Below, piece by piece: positions 24,933 to 32,719 of a stretch of DNA of 46,689 nucleotides. The notes below the pieces were generated by a model, which was given only the letters and a program-made list of their open reading frames with translations, had not been told where the DNA came from and did not search any database. Origin of the DNA: Gemmatimonadales bacterium (GTDB lineage Bacteria; Gemmatimonadota; Gemmatimonadetes; Gemmatimonadales; GWC2-71-9). The stretch is taken from NCBI GenBank assembly GCA_038320055.1, contig JBBQDU010000001.1, positions 1 through 46,689 on the forward strand, written 5' to 3'. Positions within the stretch are counted from its first letter, which is position 1, and each line of letters starts with the position of its first letter. The position numbers were made by a program, and so were the translations under genes.

Positions 24933-27227
24933 TCAGAACGACGGGCTCAGCACCTGCTCACCCGGACGGAGCGGAACGAGCATCGGCTTGCTGCCGGGCG
25001 CGAGCGGTTGAATGCGCAGCGACAGCTCGGACTTGCCCTTGCCCGTCTCGGCGAGGTTTCCGGCCACGTAGGCCAGCCGCTCACCGTCGCGGGAGACGGC
25101 GAGCGCGATGACCGGCTGATCGATCTCGAGCACCTGCGCGGCCGTCGTGCCCCCAGCGGACAGGCGCATCACGCGCGTCTTCCCGCCTTTCTCGACGAGG
25201 TAGACCAGGTCGCCGGATGGCAAGTATCGGGGATTGGACTCCTTGTCCGATGTCTTGGTGATCCGGCGCGCCGCGCCGCCTCCGATATCGGTCTCGTAGA
25301 TCTCCGGGTTGCCGTCCCGCAGGGACACGAAGGCGACGCGGCGCCCATCGGGCGAGACGTCGGCACCGCGGTTGCCGCCCTCGGAGGAGGTGATGGCCCG
25401 CGCGTCGTTCCCGTCGGCCCGTACGCTCACCAGTTGGGGCGCCCCACCGCGCGGTGTGGCGGTGTAGATAATGCGCGCGCCGTCGGGCGTCCAGGCCGGC
25501 TCGCCTTCGGCGCCGGGATCGGACGTGAGGCGATGGACGTTGGTTCCGTCGGCGTCCATGACGTAGAGGTCGTAGCTGCCGCCCCGCTCGGAGCTGAACG
25601 CAACCCGGGTCCGGTCGGGTGAGCGGACCCCCTGCACGTTGCCTCCGTCGTCGACCAGCAACGGCACCATCGTGTCGGGAGTCTCCGGCTGAAGCTGGTA
25701 GAGTCCGAAGGTGCCGCCCCGGTTCGCGGCGACCAGCAACTCGGCGGTCACGTAGACGTCCGCGGTCACGGTCGCGCCCCACACGCTCTTCGCCGAGATG
25801 ACCGCGTGTCCCGGCGCCACCGCACGCACTTCCCCGGCGGTCACGGCTGCCACCTCGGGGTGATCGCTGCTCCACTCGACGCTGGCCGGCCCGGTCACCT
25901 TGCCCTCATCGTCGAGGAGCGAGGCGGCGAGCGTGACTCGCTCCCCGGGGCGCAGGCCGGCGCGCGGCCGGTCGAGGCCAAGCACCCCCGGGAGGATCTG
26001 CACGAGCCAGACAACCGGCTCGAAGCCCTGCAGCCTCGCGGTCAGGCTGGTGGCTCCCGTATCCCGCGCGACCAACGTCCCCGTGGCGCGGTCGAAGCTG
26101 GCGCGGGTCGAATCCCCGACGGCCCAGGTGATTCGGGCCTCGGGCACCGGGGTCGAGTCGGCCGCCTCGGCCACCGCCGTGAACATGCGCGAGGCGCGGA
26201 GCGGAATCTGGATCGGCTCGGCGACCGGCTTCGGCGAGACGACCAGCGTCTGGGCCAGCCGGTGGACGGTGATCGTCGCGCGCCGCTCCTGGCCGAACGC
26301 TTTCACCGAAATCTCGGTCCGGCCGGGCCCTCTGGTCTCCACGATGCCGGTCGGTCCGACGGCAGCCACGCTCGTGTCGGCAGAGCGCCACGGCAGCGCG
26401 CCGGAGAGCCGCCGGCTGGCTTGGGCCGGCACTTCGACGCGGAGGGTTTCAGCCTCCTGGGGTCCGAGGACCTGCGAGCCTCCGACGAGGGCAATCTGCG
26501 CGGACTCCACTTCCACCGGCACGGTGGCCATCAGACCGGTCGAGGTGGTGGCCTGGACGATGCTTTTCCCCACCGAGACCCCCAGCACCAGGCCCCCGGT
26601 GTCCACCCTTGCCACCTCCGGCTTGAGCGATTTCCAGCTCACGCGCCCCATGGCGACGGGCAAGCCGTCCTCGTGCATCGCCGCCGCAGTGATCGTGACA
26701 GTTTCGCCAGGGAGCAGGAGCGCCGTCGGGGGATTGAGCGTGAGCACGGCCCCCTCCGCGCTGGTATCGCTCTGGCCCCCGGCGGAGCCGGTAATGAGCA
26801 CAGCCAGCGAGGCCACCTTGCCCTGCACCCGTGCCTCCACCTTGGCGAGCCCCGGCGCCACCCCCGTCACGGTGCCCTCCCGCGAGACGCGGGCAATGGC
26901 GGTGTCCGAGCTCGAGAAGGTGAACTTGGCGGACGCCATCAGGTTACCTTGGCGGTCGTAGGCGGTGGCGAAGATTGACTGGCGTTGACCGACGCCGAGG
27001 GTCATGGTTTCGGGCGTCACCTGAACTTCGGTGGCGGTCTGCGCAACGCCGGTGGTGACCACGCCGAGCATCGCGAGCGCCAGCACGGTGGCGACACGGC
27101 GTGCGAGGCGGGCCGGATACGAGCGCAACGAGCCACCGGCTTCGGGTCGGAAAGGTGTCACCGGCAATTGTGTCCAGGGATGAGGGGAGTGTCGCGTAAT
27201 AATAGTGGACGCAGTGCTCGGTCGCAT
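24933..27227 (-). CDS. Secreted protein with several bacterial Ig-like (Big_2) domains and a C-terminal TolB-like WD40/PD40 beta-propeller
   Basis: Repeated blocks resemble Big_2 domains (e.g. ..SSDTAIARVSREGTVTGVAPG.A.V..; WSSDHPEVAAVTAGEVRAVAPGHAVISA). The C-terminal PD40 repeats include SPDRTRVAFSSERGGSYDLYVMDADGTNVHRLT, PAWTPDGARIIY, SPDGRRVAFVS.RDGNPEIY and SRDGERLAY. The start is taken as ATG 27227; the 5' 50 codons of the listed ORF run into the AT-rich intergenic region. Confidence 0.75.
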   Translation of the reverse strand: MRPSTASTIITRHSPHPWTQLPVTPFRPEAGGSLRSYPARLARRVATVLALAMLGVVTTGVAQTATEVQVTPETMTLGVGQRQSIFATAYDRQGNLMASAKFTFSSSDTAIARVSREGTVTGVAPGLAKVEARVQGKVASLAVLITGSAGGQSDTSAEGAVLTLNPPTALLLPGETVTITAAAMHEDGLPVAMGRVSWKSLKPEVARVDTGGLVLGVSVGKSIVQATTSTGLMATVPVEVESAQIALVGGSQVLGPQEAETLRVEVPAQASRRLSGALPWRSADTSVAAVGPTGIVETRGPGRTEISVKAFGQERRATITVHRLAQTLVVSPKPVAEPIQIPLRASRMFTAVAEAADSTPVPEARITWAVGDSTRASFDRATGTLVARDTGATSLTARLQGFEPVVWLVQILPGVLGLDRPRAGLRPGERVTLAASLLDDEGKVTGPASVEWSSDHPEVAAVTAGEVRAVAPGHAVISAKSVWGATVTADVYVTAELLVAANRGGTFGLYQLQPETPDTMVPLLVDDGGNVQGVRSPDRTRVAFSSERGGSYDLYVMDADGTNVHRLTSDPGAEGEPAWTPDGARIIYTATPRGGAPQLVSVRADGNDARAITSSEGGNRGADVSPDGRRVAFVSLRDGNPEIYETDIGGGAARRITKTSDKESNPRYLPSGDLVYLVEKGGKTRVMRLSAGGTTAAQVLEIDQPVIALAVSRDGERLAYVAGNLAETGKGKSELSLRIQPLAPGSKPMLVPLRPGEQVLSPSF

Positions 27228-27255
27228 CGTCCCTGGATAGCGGCTTTCTAAGTAA

Positions 27256-27269
27256 TTGAAATATTTCAA
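27256..27269. promoter_or_regulatory. 14-bp perfect palindrome TTGAAATATTTCAA in an AT-rich divergent intergenic region (candidate operator)
   Basis: Read directly from the sequence. It lies 29 nt upstream of the minus-strand ATG at 27227, inside the most AT-rich patch of the window (roughly 27245-27285). Confidence 0.3.
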
Positions 27270-27368
27270 CTTATGACTTGCCTCACGGGTGGAGCGGCGC
27301 GGGAGATCACCCCCGTCGGGCGATTCGACCCAACTCTCCGGACGCGCTCCCGCCCGCCTTTTCCGAGC

Positions 27369-27395
27369 CTTGCACAAGCATCGAAGATGTGCAAG
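27369..27395. promoter_or_regulatory. 8-bp inverted repeat CTTGCACA-N11-TGTGCAAG followed by TTATATCTAT (candidate operator or promoter element for the H1-like gene)
   Basis: Read directly from the sequence. It lies about 85 nt upstream of ATG 27480 and is immediately followed by a -10-like TATATC (27397-27402). Confidence 0.3.
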
Positions 27396-27479
27396 TTATA
27401 TCTATCACCCTGAACTTCAGGCGCGCGCGCCTCACGCCGGCGGCGGGTTACGCCGCATCTGCGATCGGAGGAAGCGAAG

Positions 27480-27983
27480 ATGGCCGAGCTTCATTATATG
27501 GAGATGGGCTGGTCCGGGTCCGGCTGGATGGATCCCCTTCCGATCGAATACCCTCCACCCGCTCCCGCTTCCCCGGCCGCTCCCACACCTCCTGCTCCGG
27601 CGCTGGCCAGGCCCCGGGAGACCACGTCGCCCGCCGCCGCGCCGCGGAAGGCGGCCCGGAAGCCCGCTCGCGCCGTTGCCAAGAAGGCCGCCAAGAAGAG
27701 TCCCAAGAAATCCGCCAGGAAGGCCGTCCGGAAGACCACCAAGAAAACGGCCAAGAAGGTCGCCCGGAAACGTCCCAAGAAGGCCGCCAGAAAGCCCGCC
27801 AAGCGCGCGACGAAGAAGGCTGCCAAGAAATCGGCCAAGAAGAGCGCCGGAAAGAAGACCGCCAGGAAGCCGGCCAGGAGGGCGGCAAAGAAAACCGCCC
27901 GCCGCCCCGCCAAGAGGAGCGCGCGGAAGTCCGCGCGGAAAACGGCCAAGCGCCCCCGGCGGCGCGGAGGCCGGCGGCGCTGA
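27480..27983 (+). CDS. Lysine/alanine/arginine-rich histone-H1-like (AlgP/Hc-like) nucleoid-associated protein
   Basis: 167 aa. GGAGGAAG lies 8-9 nt upstream of the ATG. A short Trp/Pro-rich N-terminus is followed from about residue 55 by reiterated AAKKxAKK/ARKxAKR units (..AKKAAKKSPKKSARKAVRKTTKKTAKKVARKRPKKAARKPAKRATKKAAKKSAKKSAGKK..). The other open frames across this region give Arg/Pro or Gly/Arg strings. Confidence 0.7.
   Translation: MAELHYMEMGWSGSGWMDPLPIEYPPPAPASPAAPTPPAPALARPRETTSPAAAPRKAARKPARAVAKKAAKKSPKKSARKAVRKTTKKTAKKVARKRPKKAARKPAKRATKKAAKKSAKKSAGKKTARKPARRAAKKTARRPAKRSARKSARKTAKRPRRRGGRRR
27642..27980 (+). repeat. Low-complexity coding repeat (AAG/GCC/CGG-rich) encoding the basic tail
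   Basis: Degenerate tandem reiteration of units such as aagaaggccgccaag, aagaaaacggccaagaag and aagaaatcggccaagaag. Five of six reading frames are stop-free here. Confidence 0.6.
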
Positions 27984-28004
27984 GTCTCCCGGGCGCCTGA
28001 CTCT

Positions 28005-28043
28005 GTCGCGGATCGCGCCGAAGTAGGCCGGCGCCTCCGCGAC
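28005..28043 (+). terminator. Stem-loop downstream of the H1-like gene (possible terminator, no U-tract)
   Basis: GTCGCGGA (28005-28012) pairs with TCCGCGAC (28036-28043), and an inner GCGCC (28015-28019) pairs with GGCGC (28030-28034). It lies 22 nt after the stop codon. Confidence 0.25.
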
Positions 28044-28105
28044 GCACTACCTCGCTCAGAGGGCATCGCCTTCCCCCACCACCTCGGATTTTACTTCCGG
28101 CTCTC

Positions 28106-29476
28106 ATGCGACTGAACGCCACGTTCGCGACCACCGCCGCGTCCCTGCTGCTGGCGGTGAGCTTGGCCGCGGCCTGTCGCCGCGCGCCACCCGACGGGCT
28201 TGCGCTGGTCGGCGGGACGCTCATCGACGGCTCCGGTGGGCCGCCGCTGCGGGACGCCGTCATCGTGGTGCGGCGAGGCCGGTTCGAATCGGTCGGCACG
28301 CGAGCGGGCTTCAGCCTGCCGCCCCGCACGGTCGAGGTGGACGTGAAGGGGCGGTGGCTCATTCCCGGCCTCATCGACGCCCACGCGCACGTCGAGCCGT
28401 GGGCACTGCCCCGCTACCTCGCCTGGGGCGTGACGACGGTGCGCGATGTCCACGGAGATCTCGACAGCATTCTCCAGCTCCGGCACCGAGTCAACCTCGG
28501 CTCGGTCGCCGGACCGCGCATCTACGCCGTGGGGGCGATGATCGACGGCCTTCCGACCACCTATCCCGACGCGCTCGGCGCGGGCACCCCCCGCGACGCG
28601 CGGAGGGCCGTGGACCGGCTGGTGGGAGCGGAAGTGGACGCGGTGAAGGTGTACACGCGGGTGGATCCGACCTTGCTCAAAGCAGTGATCGACGAGGCGC
28701 GCACTTTCAACCTCCGGGTGACCGGCCATCTCGGGCTCACCGATGCCGTGACGGCCGCCCGCGAGGGGATCACGTCCATCGAGCACCTGAGCGGCGTTCC
28801 CGAGGCGGCGATGCCGGATGCCTCATCGCTGCTCGCCGCCCACCGCCGGGGCTTCTTCTCGGGGTGGACCGCCTTCGAGCGGAGTTGGGCGGCGCTCGAT
28901 TCGGCCGCCCTGGGACGGGTGGCCACGACGCTCGCCGAGCGGAAGGTCATCCTGGTCCCGACGCTCGTCCTGCACGAGACCTTCAGCCGGCTCGACAATC
29001 CCGCGGTGCTGGAGGACACGATGCTCCGCGCCGTGCCCCGAGTGGCGCAACAGCGATGGAACGTGCCGGACATGGTGAAGCGCGCCGGCTGGACCGCGCA
29101 GGACTACGCCGCCTTCCGCGCGGCGCGGCCCCAGCAGGATCGCTTTCTTCGCCGATTCGCGGCCGCGGGCGGCACGGTCGCGACCGGTACCGACGCCTCG
29201 AACCAGCTGCTCATTCCCGGCTACAGTGAGCATCTGGAGCTCGCGCTGCTGCAGGCTGCCGGCTGGTCGCCGCGAGATGCCCTGCAAGCCGCCACCCGGA
29301 ACGGCGCGCTGCTGCTGGGTGTGGATTCGCTCGGGCTCATCGCGCCAGGCAAGGCGGCAGACCTCGTCGTCCTCCGGCGCGACCCGCTCGAGGACATCCG
29401 CAACGCGCTGACCATCGACCGCGTGATGGCACGCGGCGTTCTCCTGTCCGCCGACTCGATCCGGAAGGCCTGGTAG
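28106..29476 (+). CDS. Amidohydrolase-family metallohydrolase (secreted or lipoprotein)
   Basis: 456 aa with signal/lipobox LAVSLAAAC. Contains the metal-binding motif LIPGLIDAHAHV, plus VTGHLG, SIEHL, TGTDA and GKAADLVVL..DPLEDI, typical of the amidohydrolase superfamily. Confidence 0.85.
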   Translation: MRLNATFATTAASLLLAVSLAAACRRAPPDGLALVGGTLIDGSGGPPLRDAVIVVRRGRFESVGTRAGFSLPPRTVEVDVKGRWLIPGLIDAHAHVEPWALPRYLAWGVTTVRDVHGDLDSILQLRHRVNLGSVAGPRIYAVGAMIDGLPTTYPDALGAGTPRDARRAVDRLVGAEVDAVKVYTRVDPTLLKAVIDEARTFNLRVTGHLGLTDAVTAAREGITSIEHLSGVPEAAMPDASSLLAAHRRGFFSGWTAFERSWAALDSAALGRVATTLAERKVILVPTLVLHETFSRLDNPAVLEDTMLRAVPRVAQQRWNVPDMVKRAGWTAQDYAAFRAARPQQDRFLRRFAAAGGTVATGTDASNQLLIPGYSEHLELALLQAAGWSPRDALQAATRNGALLLGVDSLGLIAPGKAADLVVLRRDPLEDIRNALTIDRVMARGVLLSADSIRKAW

Positions 29477-29480
29477 GTCC

Positions 29481-29795
29481 GTGGCGTTCGGGCGCATCGC
29501 GATGGGATGGGCCGCGGTTGCGGCGTGGTTCGTCGTTTGGGACGTAGTGGAGCGCCGTTTCGCCGGCTCCGCCGGCCGGAAGGGAGGCCGTCTCCGGTGG
29601 CTCGCCGGGGAGGCCCTGTTGCTCGCGCTGCTCGCCGCGCTCTGGTTCGGCAGTCTCGGCGCGGGCTCGGCCTGGCTGGTGTTCGTGCTGCTCGGCGCAC
29701 TGATGGAGTGGCCGGTGCAGACGCCCGCGGCGGCTGTCCGAATCGTGCGGGTGGTGATCGCGGGTCTTCTCCTGACCCGGACGCTCGCGCCGTGA
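29481..29795 (+). CDS. Small hypothetical membrane protein (about 3 TM helices)
   Basis: 104 aa with a GTG start 4 nt after the amidohydrolase stop. It has hydrophobic helices and strong GC3 bias in this frame. The competing frame (29507..) gives Arg-rich junk until 29792. The TGA overlaps the next GTG (GTGA). Confidence 0.5.
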   Translation: MAFGRIAMGWAAVAAWFVVWDVVERRFAGSAGRKGGRLRWLAGEALLLALLAALWFGSLGAGSAWLVFVLLGALMEWPVQTPAAAVRIVRVVIAGLLLTRTLAP

Positions 29796-30685
29796 GCCCC
29801 ACCGCCTTCGAGCGACTCGCCCTGTATTTCGCCGGGTTGCGCACGCGCCAGGGCATTCTGGCGCGCGCGGCCCTCGGCGCGCCGGACCCGATGGATGCGG
29901 CCACGGTGCGTGACGTCGCGGCGACCCTGACGGCGAGCCTCCGTCCCGACGGCAGCGTCGCCGGAGGCGCCGTGCCGACGATCTGGCGCGCGCACGAGCT
30001 GCTCGATCTCGGCGCTCCTCCCGACGAGCCCGCGGTGGCGCGCATCGTGGCGTGGCTGCTGGAGCGCCAGGGGCAGCCGGGAGCCTACGGGGAAGGATGC
30101 GACAAACCCCGCCATGCCCAGCGCGTGTGCCGGCACTACGTGCAGGGATTCTTCGCGCCGGCACCGCCCGAGATTCGCGTGGCACCCATCACCCTGCCCA
30201 ACGGCAAGTCGTTCCGCTCGGAGCCCGCGGCGCGGTTCGCCGTCAGCTGCCTGGGTCTCCGGCTCGTGCTCAGGGCGGGCCTCGGAAACCGGCCGGCGGT
30301 AGTGCACCACCTCGAGAGCCTGGGTCAGTTGGCCGCGCAGTGGTCCACGTGGACCGGCTTCTTCGCGCCGGACGTGATCGTGGCGGGGCTGCACGCTCTG
30401 GCGCTCGGCGGCCCGGACCATCGGAAGCCGGTCACGACGTTGGTCGACATGGTCTCGGCACACCAGGGACTGGACGGATTCTGGCGCAACGCCGACACGT
30501 TTGCCACGCTCGAGGCGCTCCTGGCGACGGGTCTGCCCGAGGCCCAGCGGGTGATGCGACGGGTGACTCCCGCCCTGGAGGAGCTGCAGCGGGGCGACGG
30601 CAGTTTCGGCGCCGCGGCCGAGCAGGAACGAGCGCTCATCGCCCTCCGCGCGCTGCTGGCGGGGCGGCCGGGGGCGGGCGCGTGA
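29792..30685 (+). CDS. Prenyltransferase / squalene-oxidase-repeat (alpha/alpha toroid) family protein
   Basis: 297 aa. It carries four spaced repeats of the L..Q..DG.(W/F/Y)G kind: LRPDGSVAGG, LLERQGQPGAYGEG, HQGLDGFWRN, LQRGDGSFG. The start is GTG 29792. Confidence 0.5.
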   Translation: MSPTAFERLALYFAGLRTRQGILARAALGAPDPMDAATVRDVAATLTASLRPDGSVAGGAVPTIWRAHELLDLGAPPDEPAVARIVAWLLERQGQPGAYGEGCDKPRHAQRVCRHYVQGFFAPAPPEIRVAPITLPNGKSFRSEPAARFAVSCLGLRLVLRAGLGNRPAVVHHLESLGQLAAQWSTWTGFFAPDVIVAGLHALALGGPDHRKPVTTLVDMVSAHQGLDGFWRNADTFATLEALLATGLPEAQRVMRRVTPALEELQRGDGSFGAAAEQERALIALRALLAGRPGAGA

Positions 30686-30764
30686 CCCCGTGTCCCTGGC
30701 CTGAGCGCCGGTGTAGCTTTGCGGTCGGAGGCGACCAGACAAGCACCTCGAACCGCAGGGTGAG

Positions 30765-31850
30765 ATGAGCATGGCGGATACCGTCGGCACCAGCGCCACC
30801 AAGCCCAAAGTGCGGCTCACCGCGCTCTCGCACGGAGCGGGCTGTGCCTGCAAGCTGGGCTCGGTGGACCTCACCGAAGTGTTGCGCCATCTGCCGACCG
30901 TGGTCGATCCCCGCGTGCTGGTGGACGCGGCCACGCGGGACGACGCGGCCGTGTTCAGGCTGAGTGACGACCGCGCGCTGGTGGCGACGACCGACTTCTT
31001 CACCCCCATCGTGGATGACCCTCGCGCGTGGGGTGCCATCGCGGCCGCCAACGCGTTGAGCGACGTCTACGCGATGGGGGGCACGCCGCTGTTCGCGCTC
31101 AACCTCGTCGGCTGGCCGCGCGAGAAGCTCCCCTTCGAAACCCTCGGCGAGGTGCTCGCCGGCGCCGTGGAAATCACCGAGCGCGCGCGTTGCCTCATGC
31201 TGGGCGGCCATTCGATCGACGTGCTGGAGCCGCTGTTCGGGCTGGTCGTCATCGGGGAAGTACATCCGGACCGCGCGCTCACCAACGCCGGCGCCCGCGC
31301 GGGCGACGTCCTGGTCCTGACCAAGCCGCTGGGCACCGGGATTCTCGCCACCGCGCTCAAGCGCGATGCGCTGATCGAGGCCGGCATGGCCGACGCGGTT
31401 CGCTCGATGACCACCCTGAACGAGGGTGCCGCGCGGGCCGCCCTCGCCGTCGGTGTGACGGCGGCGACCGACGTGACCGGATTCGGCCTCCTGGGACATC
31501 TGGGCAACATCCTGGCCGCGAGCGGGGTGGGCGCGGAGATCGCCTACGAGGCGCTCCCGATCCTGCCACACGCGCTCAACCTGGCGACGCGCGGGGTGGT
31601 GCCGGGTGGTACCCAGCGAAACCTCGCCGCCGCCGAGATGGTGCAGTGGGCGGATGACGTATCGCCGGTCGAGCGCCTGCTGTGCGTGGATGCGCAGACT
31701 TCCGGCGGCCTCCTGCTCGCCGTGGCGCCGGAGAAAGAGGCGGCGCTGGTCGCCGCCCTCCGCGAGGCGGAGACCCCGGCGGCGGCGGTCATCGGGCGAC
31801 TGACCGCGGGCCCCGCCGGGCAGGTGCGGGTATCGCGGCGCCTGTCGTGA
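30765..31850 (+). CDS. selD: Selenide, water dikinase (selenophosphate synthetase), Cys-type
   Basis: 361 aa. The N-terminal active-site loop is LTALSHGAGCACKLG. Also present are DDAAVF, TTDFFTPIVDDP, GAIAAANALSDVYAMGG, LGGHSI, LTKPLGTG and DVTGFGLLGH (PurM-like fold). Confidence 0.92.
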   Translation: MSMADTVGTSATKPKVRLTALSHGAGCACKLGSVDLTEVLRHLPTVVDPRVLVDAATRDDAAVFRLSDDRALVATTDFFTPIVDDPRAWGAIAAANALSDVYAMGGTPLFALNLVGWPREKLPFETLGEVLAGAVEITERARCLMLGGHSIDVLEPLFGLVVIGEVHPDRALTNAGARAGDVLVLTKPLGTGILATALKRDALIEAGMADAVRSMTTLNEGAARAALAVGVTAATDVTGFGLLGHLGNILAASGVGAEIAYEALPILPHALNLATRGVVPGGTQRNLAAAEMVQWADDVSPVERLLCVDAQTSGGLLLAVAPEKEAALVAALREAETPAAAVIGRLTAGPAGQVRVSRRLS

Positions 31851-31871
31851 TCGGCGGCTGACCTCTCTCCC

Positions 31872-32096
31872 ATGGCGCCCGTCCGCTGGACCGCCGACCG
31901 CATGGATCAGCTCGAAAGCGCCGCCCGACGGGGCCAGCGCGTCGCGCTCTCGCGGCGCGGCACCGAGTATGTCGTCGTGGCGATCAAGGTCACCAGCGCG
32001 GGCCGTTACGATGTGCTGGTCGGCCGCCTGCCCATGACCGGCGAGGAGCTGGACTTCCGCCTCGACCAGATCGACAGCTTTCAGGTCGTCGGGTGA
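31872..32096 (+). CDS. Small hypothetical protein (74 aa)
   Basis: ORF with good GC3 bias. Its TGA overlaps the GTG start of rnhA (GTGA), which suggests co-translation. I recognise no motif. Confidence 0.45.
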   Translation: MAPVRWTADRMDQLESAARRGQRVALSRRGTEYVVVAIKVTSAGRYDVLVGRLPMTGEELDFRLDQIDSFQVVG

Positions 32097-32710
32097 GTGG
32101 TCCGGCCATCCTCCATCTGGACGAGAGCTGTCTCGGCAACGGCCGTGAGGGCCGGAATCCGGGCGGCGGCGGTGGCCTGATCGAGGCGCGGAGCGGCAAC
32201 GGTCGCATCCAGCGGCGGGACTGCTTCATCAGCTCCCCAGACACGACCAACAACCGGATGGCGCTCGGCAGCGCCATCGCGGCGCTCCAATTGCTCGCCC
32301 GAAAGGGCGCGTGCCTCCGGGCGCTGATCGTGTCCGACTCCCAGTACCTCGTCAAAGGCATGCGCGAGTGGGTCCCGGTCTGGGCGGGCCGCGGATGGAG
32401 GCGGAAGGAGGGCGTCATCGAGAATCTGGAGCTCTGGAAGACGCTCCTCGCGTCGTCGCGGCTGCACGACGTGCAGTGGATCTGGGTGCGCGGACACAAG
32501 GGTCACGCCAAGAACGAGTACGCCAACGACCTCGCCGTCCTCGCGGCCCGCGAGCAGCGCACCTCGGACGGCATCGTGGAGTCGGGATTCGACGCGTGGC
32601 TCCAGACCAAACGCGACAAGGGAACGTTCCTGGACTACGATCCGGACGTCGCGTTCGATGCGCTGGAGCGGCGGCTGATCGAGGGAGAGGCGTTTCCGCT
32701 CGCCGACTGA
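32093..32710 (+). CDS. rnhA: Ribonuclease HI-like protein with a C-terminal extension (atypical active site)
   Basis: 205 aa. It is collinear with E. coli RNase HI: LDESCLGN (DGSCLGN), TTNNRMAL (TTNNRMEL), VSDSQYLVKGM (STDSQYVRQGI), WIWVRGHKGHAKNEYANDLA ([20 protein letters not shown]). Confidence 0.82.
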   Translation: MSGPAILHLDESCLGNGREGRNPGGGGGLIEARSGNGRIQRRDCFISSPDTTNNRMALGSAIAALQLLARKGACLRALIVSDSQYLVKGMREWVPVWAGRGWRRKEGVIENLELWKTLLASSRLHDVQWIWVRGHKGHAKNEYANDLAVLAAREQRTSDGIVESGFDAWLQTKRDKGTFLDYDPDVAFDALERRLIEGEAFPLAD

Positions 32711-32719
32711 CCCGGTTCC

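Noticed and set aside
27278-28026. Alternative plus-strand ORFs (27278..28000 and 27289..28026) and minus-strand ORFs across the H1-like gene.
   Set aside because: They are open only because the AAG/GCC/CGG repeat lacks stops. The 27480 frame has a GGAGGAAG ribosome-binding site and yields the coherent AKKAAKK-type protein known from bacterial H1-like proteins. The other frames give RRPPRR or GRQEG strings.
28281-28290. GGTTCGAATC, a tRNA T-loop-like string.
   Set aside because: It lies inside the amidohydrolase coding sequence (RRGRFESVG). No acceptor, D or anticodon arms can be drawn around it, so it is a chance match.
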